A program made the translations under genes and the position numbers. The notes under the pieces are model-generated. The model was not told the DNA's origin. It saw only the letters and a program-made list of their open reading frames with translations, and searched no databases. A stretch of DNA of 64,000 bases from Trichoplax sp. H2 (taxonomy: Eukaryota), in NCBI GenBank assembly GCA_003344405.1, contig NOWV01000022.1, positions 682,001 through 746,000 of the forward strand. The letters run 5' to 3'. Below, one piece after another: positions 13,408 to 27,144 of this stretch. Position 1 is the first letter of the stretch. Each line of letters begins with the position of its first letter.

Positions 13408-15763
13408 GCATAGATAGAAAGATAAGACAGCCCTGCTGCATGGAATAAGTGTAGATAAATTTATTCTTATTTTTCAGCTTAGTAACAGTTGACTAGTAAA
13501 TAGATACGAAGAAAAGGCGAATGTTACTGCATACGAGAAGGTATAACAAAGGTTGATTGAATAGTATGCAAAGATGACGGTATAGCACATAACGTGGGTA
13601 TTAATTCGGTGAGTTGGGACAATATATGTTTTTATTATTTTTCCCTAGGCTTCATTCTAACCGACCAATATTCTAAAATAGGATCTGTTCAGATGACGAT
13701 AATGGAATAGGCATAATTGGCAAATAATATTGTCACATGATATCATCAATGAATGCCAGAATTAGTAAATAAATTGTACACAGAATATGCTAATATACGA
13801 GAATAAGTGTAGTGTTGTTAAAAAAGTAATATAATTAATTAATTTTCATCATCAATGTCATAGAATGAGACTTTTCTGTGTCTAGTTCACATAAATTCAC
13901 TTTCTTGGATTGTAGTAGAGTACCTAATGTAAGACGAGCAATATAATTCCTTTTTGAAAGCTTCAATTTATCTAGCAGTAGTTTGTATGTACGTATATAT
14001 ACAGTATACGAGTATGTGAGTTATGTATTTAAGGAAATCGGTGACAACGGTCATAAATAGATCAGTTCTATGTTATAAAGACGTCAAATTATTGATGAAG
14101 AAATAGTCAGTAACTGACTATAGCTTTTTTTGGGGGGGGGGCTAATCTATGACTCAAAATATATTGTAACAGATTAAAACGTGTTATTTATGCAAGTTGA
14201 TGTAGTCCAATATTTTTAATTGAATTGTTGTTGATCATGCTAAATCCTATACGCTGTTGTAGTGGTGTATCAATATTGATCATCGTTGGCAGAAGAGTGG
14301 TAGATACGGTCTTCCAAAATATGATTAATTTATAAATTATGAAACTGTTACTACCGTTGAATCAAGAAATCGAAATGAATTGTACTAATATTACGATAAA
14401 AGGATATTAATCAATTTTGATCCGTAGAAATAGCTTGTAAAGCATTTGTAGGCGAAATAGGACGAAGTTCTTCGCTACTACCGTAGGAAAGAATAATAAA
14501 GCTAATAGTGAATACGATCAATGCTGTACGCCTACAAAGTGTGGCTATTGTCGTTCAACAAAACAATTTGAAAATTGTAATAATATACAATGGGTCATTG
14601 AATATACTGTCCTGTAGATGAGAAGGATGGGCTTTTTGTGCGTTCATAATTTGCGATTTTGAGTTTCTATCTACTATGCAAGGCTCTCAGAAGATTTATG
14701 TTTTCGCAGTTCAAGTTGCTATAATGCAATAAAATAGACGAGGATCTTCTTCCTTAGTAAAACAGTTATACAGTACTTACTTGGGAAGCTTACAGCTTGG
14801 TGGATTACGCGCAATTAAACGTTTGTAATCATAAATTATAGATGTATATTATTGCAGCACGTGAACATATTATCACAGCGTAGATACTTGAAGACAGCGG
14901 GTAATGAATGTACATGGAGGGGTTACTCTTTGCTCTTTTGATATTACGGTATATCTATGAAAAATTCTTGTCTGTTGCAGATATACTCGTCAATAGCCAA
15001 CATTATAAAAAGAGTACTTGTATTGGTTACACTGACAGGTTCAAAGCAGATCGGATTATACGGATGCAATAACCACGTAGTGACCACTTTAACTTTTATA
15101 TAATTTTGTAGCATTGACCCGGACGGTACAGTAAAATGATGGACTTTTACGAATAATCTCACTTTTAGTAGTCTATGTTGAAGCACAGGTTTCACAGCAA
15201 TAGGAGAAACTGGCCCCACAAACGCACAGGATAGAAAGGGCGAAATGAAGAATACTGTACAATTAGATCAGCTTAATTAAAGGGGTTCGATCATACAGTA
15301 CTGCCGCAGCGCAAGCACGAATCGGTTATTTATTGGACACTAACCAAATATACTGGTACAATGTAACGCAACGACTATAATAAGAGTATGTAGGAATAAT
15401 ATAGAGTAGCTGATTACATCGATCCAATCGCTCTTCTTCTCTTAGTACTGTACGTATCCAGATTGAGCTACTCGATTCAAAAGTAATGGCACTCCTGTTT
15501 ATTCTTGAGCAACTTGAATGGTTGTTTCTATTGTCGTATTCATACAGTAAGTATAATCGTTCAAGAATTTAATGTGTCTGAGAAAAGAATAAGATAGAGA
15601 ACAAAAACTGCCCATAATTAATATACTGTAAGCAATAAAAGGGTACACTGCAAAGTATGACAATGCAGTAAAATATTCTGATTCCCCCCTCCATTAATCT
15701 CGTTTTGGAGAAAATTCAAGGTAATTCATTATCCATTTCCTTACGATTTGAAGTCCAGTTCAC

Positions 15764-15832
15764 GCCACGCCCCTGGAATAGTGGTCTTCTATACTGTAGT
15801 ACTATGATAGACCACTCTTACAGGGGCGTGGC
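15764..15832. repeat. Inverted repeat / 69-nt hairpin with an Sp/KLF-type GCCACGCCC on each arm
   Basis: GCCACGCCCCTG pairs with CAGGGGCGTGGC (12 bp perfect), then AA/TT and AGTGGTCT/AGACCACT (8 bp), with two single mismatches. Confidence 0.9.
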
Positions 15833-15873
15833 AAGCCCTCTAAAATCGTTGAAAGATATTCATCTCTATTATA

Positions 15874-15967
15874 CGGTACAGTACGGCGTACAGTGTACAT
15901 ACAGTCGAGACCCTTAGATTGTACACTATACAGTACAGTACAGTACAGTACTGTACAGTGTACAGTA
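15874..15967. repeat. (CAGTA/TACTG)n pentamer patch in the ADCY-RAD21 divergent region
   Basis: (CAGTA)4 at 15931-15950, flanked by degenerate copies in both orientations. Confidence 0.9.
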
Positions 15968-17535
15968 TGTCTTTGAATTGTGAAGAAATGTAGTTTAAAT
16001 TTGGCTCTAATTCCAAGCAGATAGATCAATACAACTTTGAGCCATTGGCTCTTGATATTTTGATTACTTTTTATCGCAGTATTGCATAATTGTGTTTCTT
16101 TCAAGTTTCTAATACAAACGATGAATCGCTGTTGCATATTCGGTCGCTCCAGCCATTTTACAAGTCACGTCGTAATACCGGTCTGTATTGTACTGTACTG
16201 TATATCCTGTAAAGCAAAAAGATCGAAAGCAAACAGCATGGTGGAGAGACAGACGGACAATGGCTTGAAGTTTTTAAATTTGCCTTTACGGTAGTGTTTC
16301 ATGTCGGAAAGTTTATTTATTATTATTAATAAAAGGCCACTAACTATCGTCTATCCAGGCATTAGACCAGAGTCACCAGACCATAAACATTTCTAGTACT
16401 GTCTAGTTAGTACACACTCTACAGCATGTACTGTAGAGTATACCAGTGAGATTATTATTCCACTCACCGGTGATGATAATGGTAACTTTGGCGCAAAAGC
16501 CGTGTTTAAAATGACAACATTGATGATACACACGGACGTACTACTGTCCTTGCTGCCTCGTATACAGTAAAGTATGTCGGCAAGTTCATAAGTGCACACT
16601 GTACACCATTGCTGTCCAAATGAACTGCTAGCTTGGTTGGTTTACCGTCTGTAGGATAAGGTTTAGGATCCACTGATGAAGAAGATGATCATGCTTTTAC
16701 TTCTTATTCGACTAACTAGTGACTACTGCAGTATTAGAACGCTAGACAGCGACGACCAAGATGGGTTCAGGCAGATGCCATTGTCTTGTTTTCACTATCA
16801 AGTGGAAGCGCGTCATCACGTGATAGTATGGAAATTTGGAAGCGGGAAAGCAGTAGTAGATCGCTTGATTACAGTACAATGTACTTTGAAAGAAACGGTA
16901 TTTCCACAACGTGATCTTTTTCGTTCCAAAATACTCTAATATTGATCAAATTATGTAAAAAGTAATTCAAGCGATAGTGTATTAGTTGAACATTTCCAAT
17001 GCGTAGTTGAATTTCTGTTTTATATAGCACCTACGAAATAAGAACTAAACAAAGGCAAAGTTGGCTACAGTACAAGGTCAACTTATGGAGTGTACAGACT
17101 GTAGCACCTACAGTACAAAGGGTTGGAAAGATCTGTTGGAGACTGTAGTATGACCTTGATCACTACTAGACTGCCTGACGGAAATGGCTAAACTCCATAT
17201 GTACAGTATGCCTTCAACATCATGGACTGCTACAGTGGACTCTAGGCTTCAGACTGACAGTACTCCAGGTCGAACGACTGCTGGTTGCTCGAGCGTCACC
17301 CCCTGTCAACCCTGTGGCGTTTTCTTGCAAACGCCACAGTTGGAAGTTTTGCCTGAGAAGGAGAAGAAGGCGCAAAAAGCAAATCCAAAACGTCGGGGAG
17401 CTAAATTATCGCATTGATTTAAGCCAATATCGATTGGAGACATCAAGTCTTGTAGTTTCTAATTGAATCTATACTATTCCTATCGACGAGTGTATCGATA
17501 TACTGAAGAGAATAGAGAGGAAAGTACTGTAAATC

Positions 17536-20500
17536 ATGTTTTATGCTCATTTAATCTTATCTAAGAAAGGCCCTTTGGCCAAGGTATGGTTAGCTGCTCA
17601 TTGGGATAAGAAGTTAACCAAAGCTCAAATTTACGAAGCGGATGTCAAATCATCTGTAGATAGTATTAAATCACCTCAAGTCAAGATGGCACTCAGAACA
17701 AGTGGTCATCTCTTACTAGGTGTAGTACGTATCTATTCACGCAAAGCCAAGTACTTATTGACCGATTGTAGCGATGCATTTGTCAAGATTAAAATGGCCT
17801 TTAGGCCAGGTGTTAACGTCGATTTACCAAAGGATAGTGAAGAAGCAGCTGCCAACGCTGTGACCTTACCTGAAGTTTTCCATGATTTCAACCTTTTAGA
17901 TGGCAATCAAAGGTACAACAGTTCATCTTTAATCGGATAACACGAATAGCTACAACGGATAAGAATAAACTTAAAATTAGGCTAGACTCGATTTAAAAAA
18001 AAAAAATGGATGCAATCAGTCAACTTTTCTCCAAATGTTGAAAATATCCCCACTACACATTACAACTGCCATTTTCTGTTGAAAATACTCAATACAGTAT
18101 GAAGAAAATCTCACCCTATTCTTACCATATTCAATCATTTTGTAGTTTGAAAATAAATCGAATTTAATCTACAATTGCCACTAGATAACATACTTACGAC
18201 ATCATCATCATTTTTATCAATCCATGTCGACTGATACAGTACTGGAGGAATTACGGATAGATAGATAAAATGGTCGTGTTATTCGACACACCATTTCAAT
18301 TCACTGACTAAATTCAATTTCTAACATGAAGTAATCTACTGTACGATAGTTTCACCTTTGGTTTCTATTGATTTGATACTAGTCGACGTTATTGTAGATA
18401 TTTCCATTGCTATGATTTCAGTCTTTGACGGCCAATAGCGAGATTGCCTTGTTGTAACTTTTCACGCGGATAACTACTGTATTCTGTAATCAAGGGAAAC
18501 AAATTGTAAATATTAGTTAGATATGTTAACTTATATGAATCGATTAATTAATCATGTATCAATGAATGAGTTTGTTAGACGAGGAATTTCAATGTTGTAC
18601 AAAGTAGATGCACTTTAATTAATGCGATATTGATCTCGTTGAGTGATGAAATATTTTCCACATTGTCATCATTGATACTTAATACTGTAAATGCCAATCA
18701 TACCTGTGATGCGTGGATCATATTGCCATTGCATTAACGTACTTGAAATTCCTTTGCTCGTGCACTCTTTACTGTGTATACATAGTGTTAATTTATAATC
18801 AATTTAACACTGTAAATACTATAATTACTCCAGACGTAATTTTAAACTTACTCTCTATTTTACACTTTACTGTAGTGCTTTGTGCTTTTCATCGATATGC
18901 TATCCATGGCTAGAGATGGAAAAATCTTTTTTAAGAGTCCAGTTATTGTGTCGCAAATTTTCAATTACTACACTACTATGCCAATTTTTAGCCATTTCCA
19001 ATAAATAAGACCCTAAAGAAGATACAAATTACTTTTAATAATATCATAGAACCTGCCATGTATCGCTGCAATAAGAAGAGGACTTAATGCATACAGTATA
19101 CCCGTCGATCTGCTCATAATTATAGTATAATGACTGATAATAAGAAATTCAGAAACTAGACACGCACGAGTAAACGTAACTGAACTGTAGGATAAAAGTA
19201 ATTACATACAGTAATTATTACTCCGTGTACATTTCAGTAAACTACGTATATTTAATAGACTCCGGCTCGATACTGTTAGTCATTGTAAGTTGCTCGTAAA
19301 TTATACAGTATAGTTGTTTTTTTTACTAATCATGTATCATGGGGTTTACAAATTAAAATCAAATTTATTGAAACTTTTTTATTGGAAATTTGTACTTAAT
19401 CGTGTGTATATATACTGTACACTATGGTGTTGCATATATTTTATATAGGTGTATGCCTCGTATCAGTGTATTATGACGAGCAACTCACACTGTCTGTAGT
19501 TGTAGATGTAATGATGGGAGATCCTATATTATTATTTTTAATTATGGTTTATTCCCTAGTTGATTAAGTTCGTAATAGTTTAGAAACAACAAATTTCTAC
19601 GCCTTCACACACTTATGTTCGATGATTCTTACAAGGGAAGCCTTTGCCTGAGTTGACATCTTTTACTTATTATAATTGCATTGTAGCTTCGATTTAGAAA
19701 TACAATTACCCAACATTAATCAATCTCGTGCCGAGGAAATCACCATGAAAGATGATTTTGGTCAAGCTTCAGTAATCTTTGCTGGTGAAGATGGCTTTGG
19801 TGAAATGCCTATGGATGATGAACAAGAGAGAGAAATTTTACGTCATGCTGAAGAGGAATCTTCATTGTATGACAAAAATCAACCAGTCGGCGTATTAGAT
19901 GAGAGCAGAAGCCTACAAAGTAAACATTTACTAGATGATAAATCAGTCGGCAAGGATAGTGTTGGATTAGACAACGAATTCTTGGAAGGTGAAGGCTTTG
20001 GTATGGATATAGAAGCTGCTAATTTGTTTGATAATGATGATAATGCATTCGGTGATATTGATGAGAAACGACTAGAAGAAGAAGAAAAAGATGCATTAGT
20101 TACTCCTGTTGATATCACCTTAAATAGCATCGATCAAATGGGCAAGACTGGTATTGCTGATGATACAACGTTGATACGAAATGATCAGGACCAGTTCGTA
20201 TTGGAACCTTTGGATATGACACAACAAAAAATTAATAATCGTATTAGACGAAAAAGAAAGTTGATCGTAGATACTAAACTGAAGCTATCAAAGAAATTTT
20301 TTGAAGATCAATTAAAGGATTCCTCAGATATTGTCCACAACTATCCTATTGAGCCTGCTACTAAGAAAGCACTACTTTGGAAAGGGACCCTTGATATAAA
20401 ACGTCTATTTCAATCCCCCATACATGAATGTTACGCCCTGAATTTATCCTTACATCCCAGGAATCACATGGGAGATGATAGGGAGTTGTTACGTGAGCAT

Positions 20501-21479
20501 GACATTTCTATTCCATCTCCTAGAATGGAGGATGACTATGAAAAGATTGGTAAGAATTGATATCTTTATGGCTTTTAATTACGGTAGTAACTTGCTAGGG
20601 CTTTGTTACGCTGGAGATGCCGTCAATCTTCAAAATTTAAACTAGAAATTGAGCCATTTATCAGTTAATAATGCAATCGAGTATAGCATAAAATAGCTTA
20701 TATTCCTGATGATTTATGCTCACTACGCTGAGGTAATATATATCTACAACCTTTGTTATTTATTAGTTTTGGATCCGACTGCTAACGAAAATGATGAAAC
20801 TGCAATAAACGATGAGCAACTTAATTTCGACGAAGGTGACGCGTACATACCTGAAGAAGATGTTAGCAAAGAGCCTCTGATGGAATCTAAAGTTGATGAA
20901 ATGCCTGAAGTTGATCTCAATGTCTCATTAGAGCCAGAGTTTACAAGTCAAGACGGCGCGGCACTTACTGAAAATCATAGGTATGATCATATTCCTACGA
21001 ATGACATGTGCTCTTTTATTACATATGGTACGATAAGATTGGTAACGCAACGTGATATGATATTACACTTGTTGTTTATTGTTGTATTACTAAATAATGC
21101 TTTGCTTAAATAGAACATGCTTATTATAATAACATTAACACTATATTGATAAGATCTAAACACTGCGATTGGATTATCCTTCAAAATTATTAAACTACTA
21201 AAAGTCGTATTAGTACTGTAAGTCAGTGTAAGCTTTATAGTAACAACTATACATATCAATAATGACCGTAGGTGGCAACAGCGAAGACAGCGCTTTCTGG
21301 AAAGCATAACGAAAATTGAAGCCGAAAATCGTAAAGCAACTTTCTTTGAAATTTGTAAGAAAAGTAACAAAAAGCAGGCTGCTGTCAAATTTTATACCCT
21401 GTTATTACTAGCAAAGCAGAGTGTTGTAAATGTTAAACAATCAGAAATTTACGGTGATATAGCTATCAATAAGCGATAA
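17536..21479 (+). CDS. RAD21: Cohesin kleisin subunit RAD21/Scc1; exons 17536-17912, 19687-20549, 20767-20980, 21272-21479
   Basis: N-terminus [30 protein letters not shown]...[24 protein letters not shown]; central RKRKLIVD...ATKKALLWK region; C-terminal winged helix [17 protein letters not shown]. All introns are GT-AG with consistent phases (2,1,2). Confidence 0.97.
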
Positions 21480-22805
21480 AGTTATTTCTGTTAAATCCGT
21501 TCATAGATAATGATTATTTCTATCGGGTCACGATTCTATTGAATATTGTAAAATATTTTAATTGTAGTTTTTAACGGATAAAGAGGTTGTATCATTCGAA
21601 AAGGAATGAAGTATTTTCACGTTATATGTATACAACGTACATGTCAGAAATTTATTGCGTTTTATTATTTGCATTTTCGACTGTTAACTTTGTATCCGCG
21701 ATGTAATATAATAATAATAGGTATACTCTAGAATTAAGTTACACTCAGTTGATACTGTATGAAAGTTGTCAAGATCTTGGTAAATTACCAATTGTTTATT
21801 GTATTGGTTGTTAATTGATCCATAAATTGACTTTATAAACTTATAATAGAAAGCTCCGATATTTCAACTGTAGATCAGATTTCAAGAATTTGTATGTGCT
21901 TAGTAATGCGGTCTACAGATGTAACAATCCTACTATTTTGGAGCGAATTTTCAAAAAAAGTTATTTAGTTCACTACTTTCGGGCCATTCATAGAGGATAA
22001 TATATTAAATTTAACATTTGACCGTTGCTGTTTTAACGCCGTGCTTTTAATAAAATATATATGATAAATTAATTGTGTGTCTATATGGTATATCAGCATG
22101 TGATATATTATTAAAAAAGGTCAAAGCTTAAGGCTAGTTTATTGAATATATTTATTCATTAAAATAAGTAATCTCGAATAGGCTATCAAAACACTTCAAA
22201 AAATATAAATGAATGAAATTATAATACGATATAATGTAAATACAGACATGTATGTATATATAAGTCTATGACCACTATGTCTTATTAATTCGTTAAGGCA
22301 GTAATACTGCATCCTATAGAAAATGTAATCGTTCACAGAAAGTAAAATAGCTAAAGTAATAGCCTTAAAAATACAGTACCTTAAGGCGGAATGTAGAATC
22401 TAGATCTCTTGTAGATATACAAGTTCTTTTATAATTTTCATTCTTTTCTATTATATCACAATTCTATAAATGCAGGGCAGTGCTAGAACATTTACGATAA
22501 TCACAGTTTGAGAAAGTCTTTTCATAATTAATTAGTTTAGGGGTAAATAAAGTATAGAACCCAGTTTTAGATCCATGCAACTGTATGTACAAAATGGTAT
22601 ACATTTAAATCTATAATAACAGTTACGCGATTAATTGTCTATGACATCGCGAAAAGCTTCCGAGAGTATCGTACTGTATATACTTTAAGTATTATTGCGA
22701 GGATATGTAACATGAAGACGACTATAATGTTATCATATAGAATACAGTACGACACTAAACGCGTGTAGAATCGATATACAGGATATTTCGTTGCATTCTG
22801 CAACG

Positions 22806-25800
22806 TTAATCTTCGGTGTTCAATTCGTTTTCAGATTTATTGGCTTCATTATCTAGATCTGCCTCCGCACTTAACGTATCAGTCTCTATGGTGTCTGATA
22901 TTGGCGTATCATCATGGTCGGTGTAGCCATTTTCATTATTTTCTTCAGTTTTAGCGATTTCTCTTTTAGCAATTTCAGCGTCTTGTTCTGATTTATAATG
23001 TTTCTTATAGTACAAAACATGCAATATTGGTACGTCAGATACTTAAGACAGATAAAACACCCAACATCTGCTATAATTATTATTAATTTGCTGTAGTTTC
23101 GAAAATTATTTATTTACAAATAGACATACTAGCTTTCCTTGCAAAGTTTCCATTAATTGAGGTATTTCTGCAGTTGTTGCAGGTGCATGGAGGCTTAGAG
23201 ACAGAAATTGCTCAAAAACTTCCGTGTGATGATTTAATCTCTGTGCAGTACGTTTAAATTAAAGATAATACGTTACCCAAACTTGCCTTTTTATTACGTT
23301 ATGTACCATACTATAGCTGCATCTATCACTGCAACTTACTTTTGTATTAACTACTTTTCGATTTTTTCTTGCCCTTTTTTTATTCGATTTCTTAGTAACA
23401 GTCATAAATTCTTCATCATCATCAGATTTTTTGCTAATGAAGACTCCATCTGGATATTCAGAATTACTAATTTTATCTTCTTTTGGTCCTGTAGCATGAG
23501 TAAAAGTCAATTCATTCATGCCATGGAACGATTTATTGAACAACTTTGTAAATTTCTATTCGATAGCCGTAATATAGTACAAAATAGTCGGATAAATAGT
23601 CTTACCAGCAGCATCGTTAACATCATCTTGCGAGCGTACATCGACCGAACTACCAGTTCTTTGTAAATAAGTTATAAGGGAGCTACATGTCGTGATTTCG
23701 TTCTCGAACGGTAAAAGAGAATTTTCATACTCCTTACTGAAAAGAAATTATTTACACATCTTTATGTACCAAAGAGGTTATCTCTTAAAAATATACTTTA
23801 AGCAAAAATAATATTTGCGTCTATTTGATCGATGTTATTCATCTCTATTTAAATATATAGCAAATTATATTCCGTGCATACATTGCTAGTTGTCTTGCAA
23901 GTTCTCTTTCTTCTTTCCTTTTACTTCGTTCATCTTTACTACGTTTCATCATTTCTCTAGATTGCTTATTGTACATATTGAGTTCTTTGTAAAAATTTGC
24001 GGTTAACTCTCGTTTCTTATTATATAGGTCATCAATTTCTGAAAGAATAAGCCATCTTTAGATGAGGAATAATAATATAGATAATTTATGACAAGTACAA
24101 ATCGTTTATTCATTATAGCCAAAAGTAGTAAATGCTATTTCAACTGTTAGTAAATGATGTCAAATATAGCTATCATGTAATAGCAAATTTTTAAGAGTAC
24201 CTTTTCGTAAGCTATCTTTTTCAGCATACTTTTCACGAGCTTTTATTCTCGCATCATCGTTTTGTATCTTTAAAGATGAGATTGTCTCTTTTATTTTATC
24301 TTCTTTTGCTTTTAGCTCAGAGATTTCTTTACTGCACGCCTGAGTTAGATCAATACCATGTTTAATTACTGATTTTTAATGATAATATTGAGTCATTATT
24401 TTGTTAATAACTCATTAGTTCGATGTACATTGAGTAACCACTATTCTACCTAAATATTTACAAATCATAGTTCGTATGTAGTGACTCTTTGTTTAAATCT
24501 ATCTATCTATCTATCTGAAGCATTGCCTTACTAAATAACAATCACTGTAATGATATTAAAATGTTATAGTTTCGATTTTACTTACATCTTTAGCTTGCCT
24601 AATCTGTTTCACTTTATCTCGATCCTCATTAAGTGCTTGCTGAGATAAATTATAAGTCCTGTCAAGTGGTTATAAAATGTGGTAAGTAATCGCTTACAAC
24701 CTTGTAAAATGATGGTGCAAGTTCAGTAGCAAATATAGTGTATAATGAATGGGCTGACTATATATATATGTATATATATTTATTGGCATAGGTCAACTAT
24801 GAACCAATGCTAATTCAAGAGAGCAGAGCTGATAGGTTCACCGTGATAGAAATTCAATGTATTGTAAAAAATGAGCAGAGCATTAAAACCTACTTTAAAG
24901 TCTTTTTGGATCTTTTCATCGCATCAATTGTAGCTACTAAATGCTTTTCTTCCTTCAATGATAGACGCTGTACTTGCAATTGAAATTCAAGCTTCCTACA
25001 AGGAAAAATAATTAGGCTAACTCTAACCCTTAATGTACATTTATTCATATAATGTCTACAAGTGTAATGTATAAATTTGAACATTGTTAAAATGAAATAC
25101 AAAGTGATACTAGTCGTTCCGATAGCATAGTGTGTAAAATGCTTGATTTCTGAATCAAGTTAAGAAGGATTATACTCTATTTTTCGGTTTATAAAGAAAT
25201 GTCTTACGTTGACTGTTCTGTTATAATTGTTGTCGTCATGTATGCTATATTTTACGTATTATACGCGCTCCGATACTATTTTCATATTCAAAATTTGATT
25301 AATGTGTATTTACTAATGGATTAGTACTGTAGTATTGTATAATTGTGAGGTGTCATGTTACGCTACAAAATCCTAGTAAGTACTTGAAAAGGGCAAATCA
25401 ACAACAAATTCTATTAAAAATCATATAATATAGCTCTTAATGTATAACCCAAGGCAGACAGGTTAAATTCATAAGTTGCCCATTTGCAAAGATTAGGCAT
25501 AGCGTTTTAAAATTCTAGAAAGAAAGTACTAACTTGATAGCATCATCAATCGATTCTTGAGATTTGTAATGATGTAATCCGGCTAACAGCCTTGTAATAT
25601 TATTATTCTAGGTCAAGGAAAAGAAAGCATAGATCAATCAAGTACCTGAAAATAATTCTTCTTGTGGATAGATACTACTAGGCTTAAATTAAGAGTAAGT
25701 TATGCAAACATGTTGTTTGTACAATTCTAGTGTATCATACAGTACTGTACAATGGTGTAAAATAAGAAGACCACTGGGTGATTTGTATAATACAGTAGTA

Positions 25801-26702
25801 TATTATGGGGTAGGGTAGTACCAGTCCAGCAGTAATCTACTACCATTATACTGTAGAGTAGGTTACTTGCGTTATGGCTTGTGCTATCGTTTTGGCTACC
25901 ATTTGACATACAGCTTGATGATTTCTCGAATAGACTGTAGACAATTAGTAAGAATGCTTTCTTTTGATAGCATGGCCTCTAGCACTACAGTCGCTAAGAC
26001 TTGTAAGCGATACACACAGATTATGAACTGGTGATTATTAATAAGGGTGAATCGACAGTCGTTGTTACAACTTGATCGCCATACCTTTTCAGCCACTTGC
26101 TTATTAAGGGCTTTCAGCTCTTCATCTGTGCTTCTTCTTCTATCGACGATGTTTTGCTTTTCATTGCGAATCTCTGCAAGTTCATTAATCAATTTATCCT
26201 TCTTTGCAGTAGATTCAGAACTGGTTTGCGGAAGAGGCTTGACGATCGATTTCTATACCCATACAAAAGGAGAGTTGTTTTATCATTCAAGCCTATCAAT
26301 TCGATGTTGTCTAAATTAGAAATGTGGTAGCGGCATCAGTACATACAATTCGCTTTTCTTTTTCCTTAATTTCCTCCTTTAATAGTTCGATATCGTCATT
26401 GAATTTTTTCCGATTAGGTGGTCGTAATTTTCGCATTTTGGAAGCTGTCAATAGAGTTTGGCATTGAGGATTTATTTGATTATTGATTACCGTATCGATG
26501 AATTAATCAGCGTTAATTACTAAACAGCCTAGGGTATGACTTCGATTATGATATTACCATGCACAAGATTGTACCATTTCAACAACATGATGAATTAATC
26601 CATCTATCCTGTCCATTTGATTATTATACTGTACAAGATTGAATTGGTTTTTCGTCTGATCGTACCTGTCTCGTTCGCCTCCATGTCATCATTCTCGGCC
26701 AT
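22806..26702 (-). CDS. Coiled-coil protein resembling the fungal Bfr1 / plant proton-pump interactor family; exons 26702-26666, 26444-26347, 26252-26085, 25607-25534, 24995-24894, 24658-24586, 24339-24201, 24038-23882, 23736-23340, 23240-23130, 23003-22806
   Basis: Eleven GT-AG exons join in frame. Motifs YKSQESIDDAIKKLEFQLQVQRLSLKEEKHLVATIDAMKRSKK, PFENEITTCSSLITYL, KKSDDDEEFMTVTKKSNKKR and LNHHTEVFEQFLSLSLHAPATTAEIPQLMETLQGKLKHY occur in the order I recall for Bfr1-family blocks. The gene structure is confident; the family call is from memory. Confidence 0.78.
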
Positions 26703-27144
26703 TTTGTTACTATTGCGGTAAAGTCCGAAAAGTAGGCGTGCAATTGTAGCCAAGAGTGAAAAATAGTGGATGTATTTTGGCTGGAGTGGAGTATACAAGT
26801 GTCCAGTTGACCAATGGATACACTACAAGGTAATGTTGGAGCGCACTTTCCAAATGGCCAGAAAGTGTGATTGACGAAGCAAATATTGATGCAATGTTGC
26901 CTCTTGGCAGACTGCTTGCAGCCAGTCAGTGAATGGATACTCTCTCGAGACCGTGGAGTATAGTACTGTACTGCTCTTCACGGGCTTGCTGTGTGGTCGT
27001 GTCAGCGAGCGAGCTCATACAAGTTAGACGTCAAGAAGTTGCAGTCGTTTATAAACAGAATGAATCAAGTGAGTAGAGTACATTATAGTGTCCGGTACTT
27101 GTAGAATGTGTAGTACTGTGCCCTGCAGTCCACATGCTCTGCGC

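Noticed and set aside
15281..15292. GGTTCGA (tRNA T-loop / B-box-like)
   Set aside because: No surrounding cloverleaf or acceptor stem could be formed.
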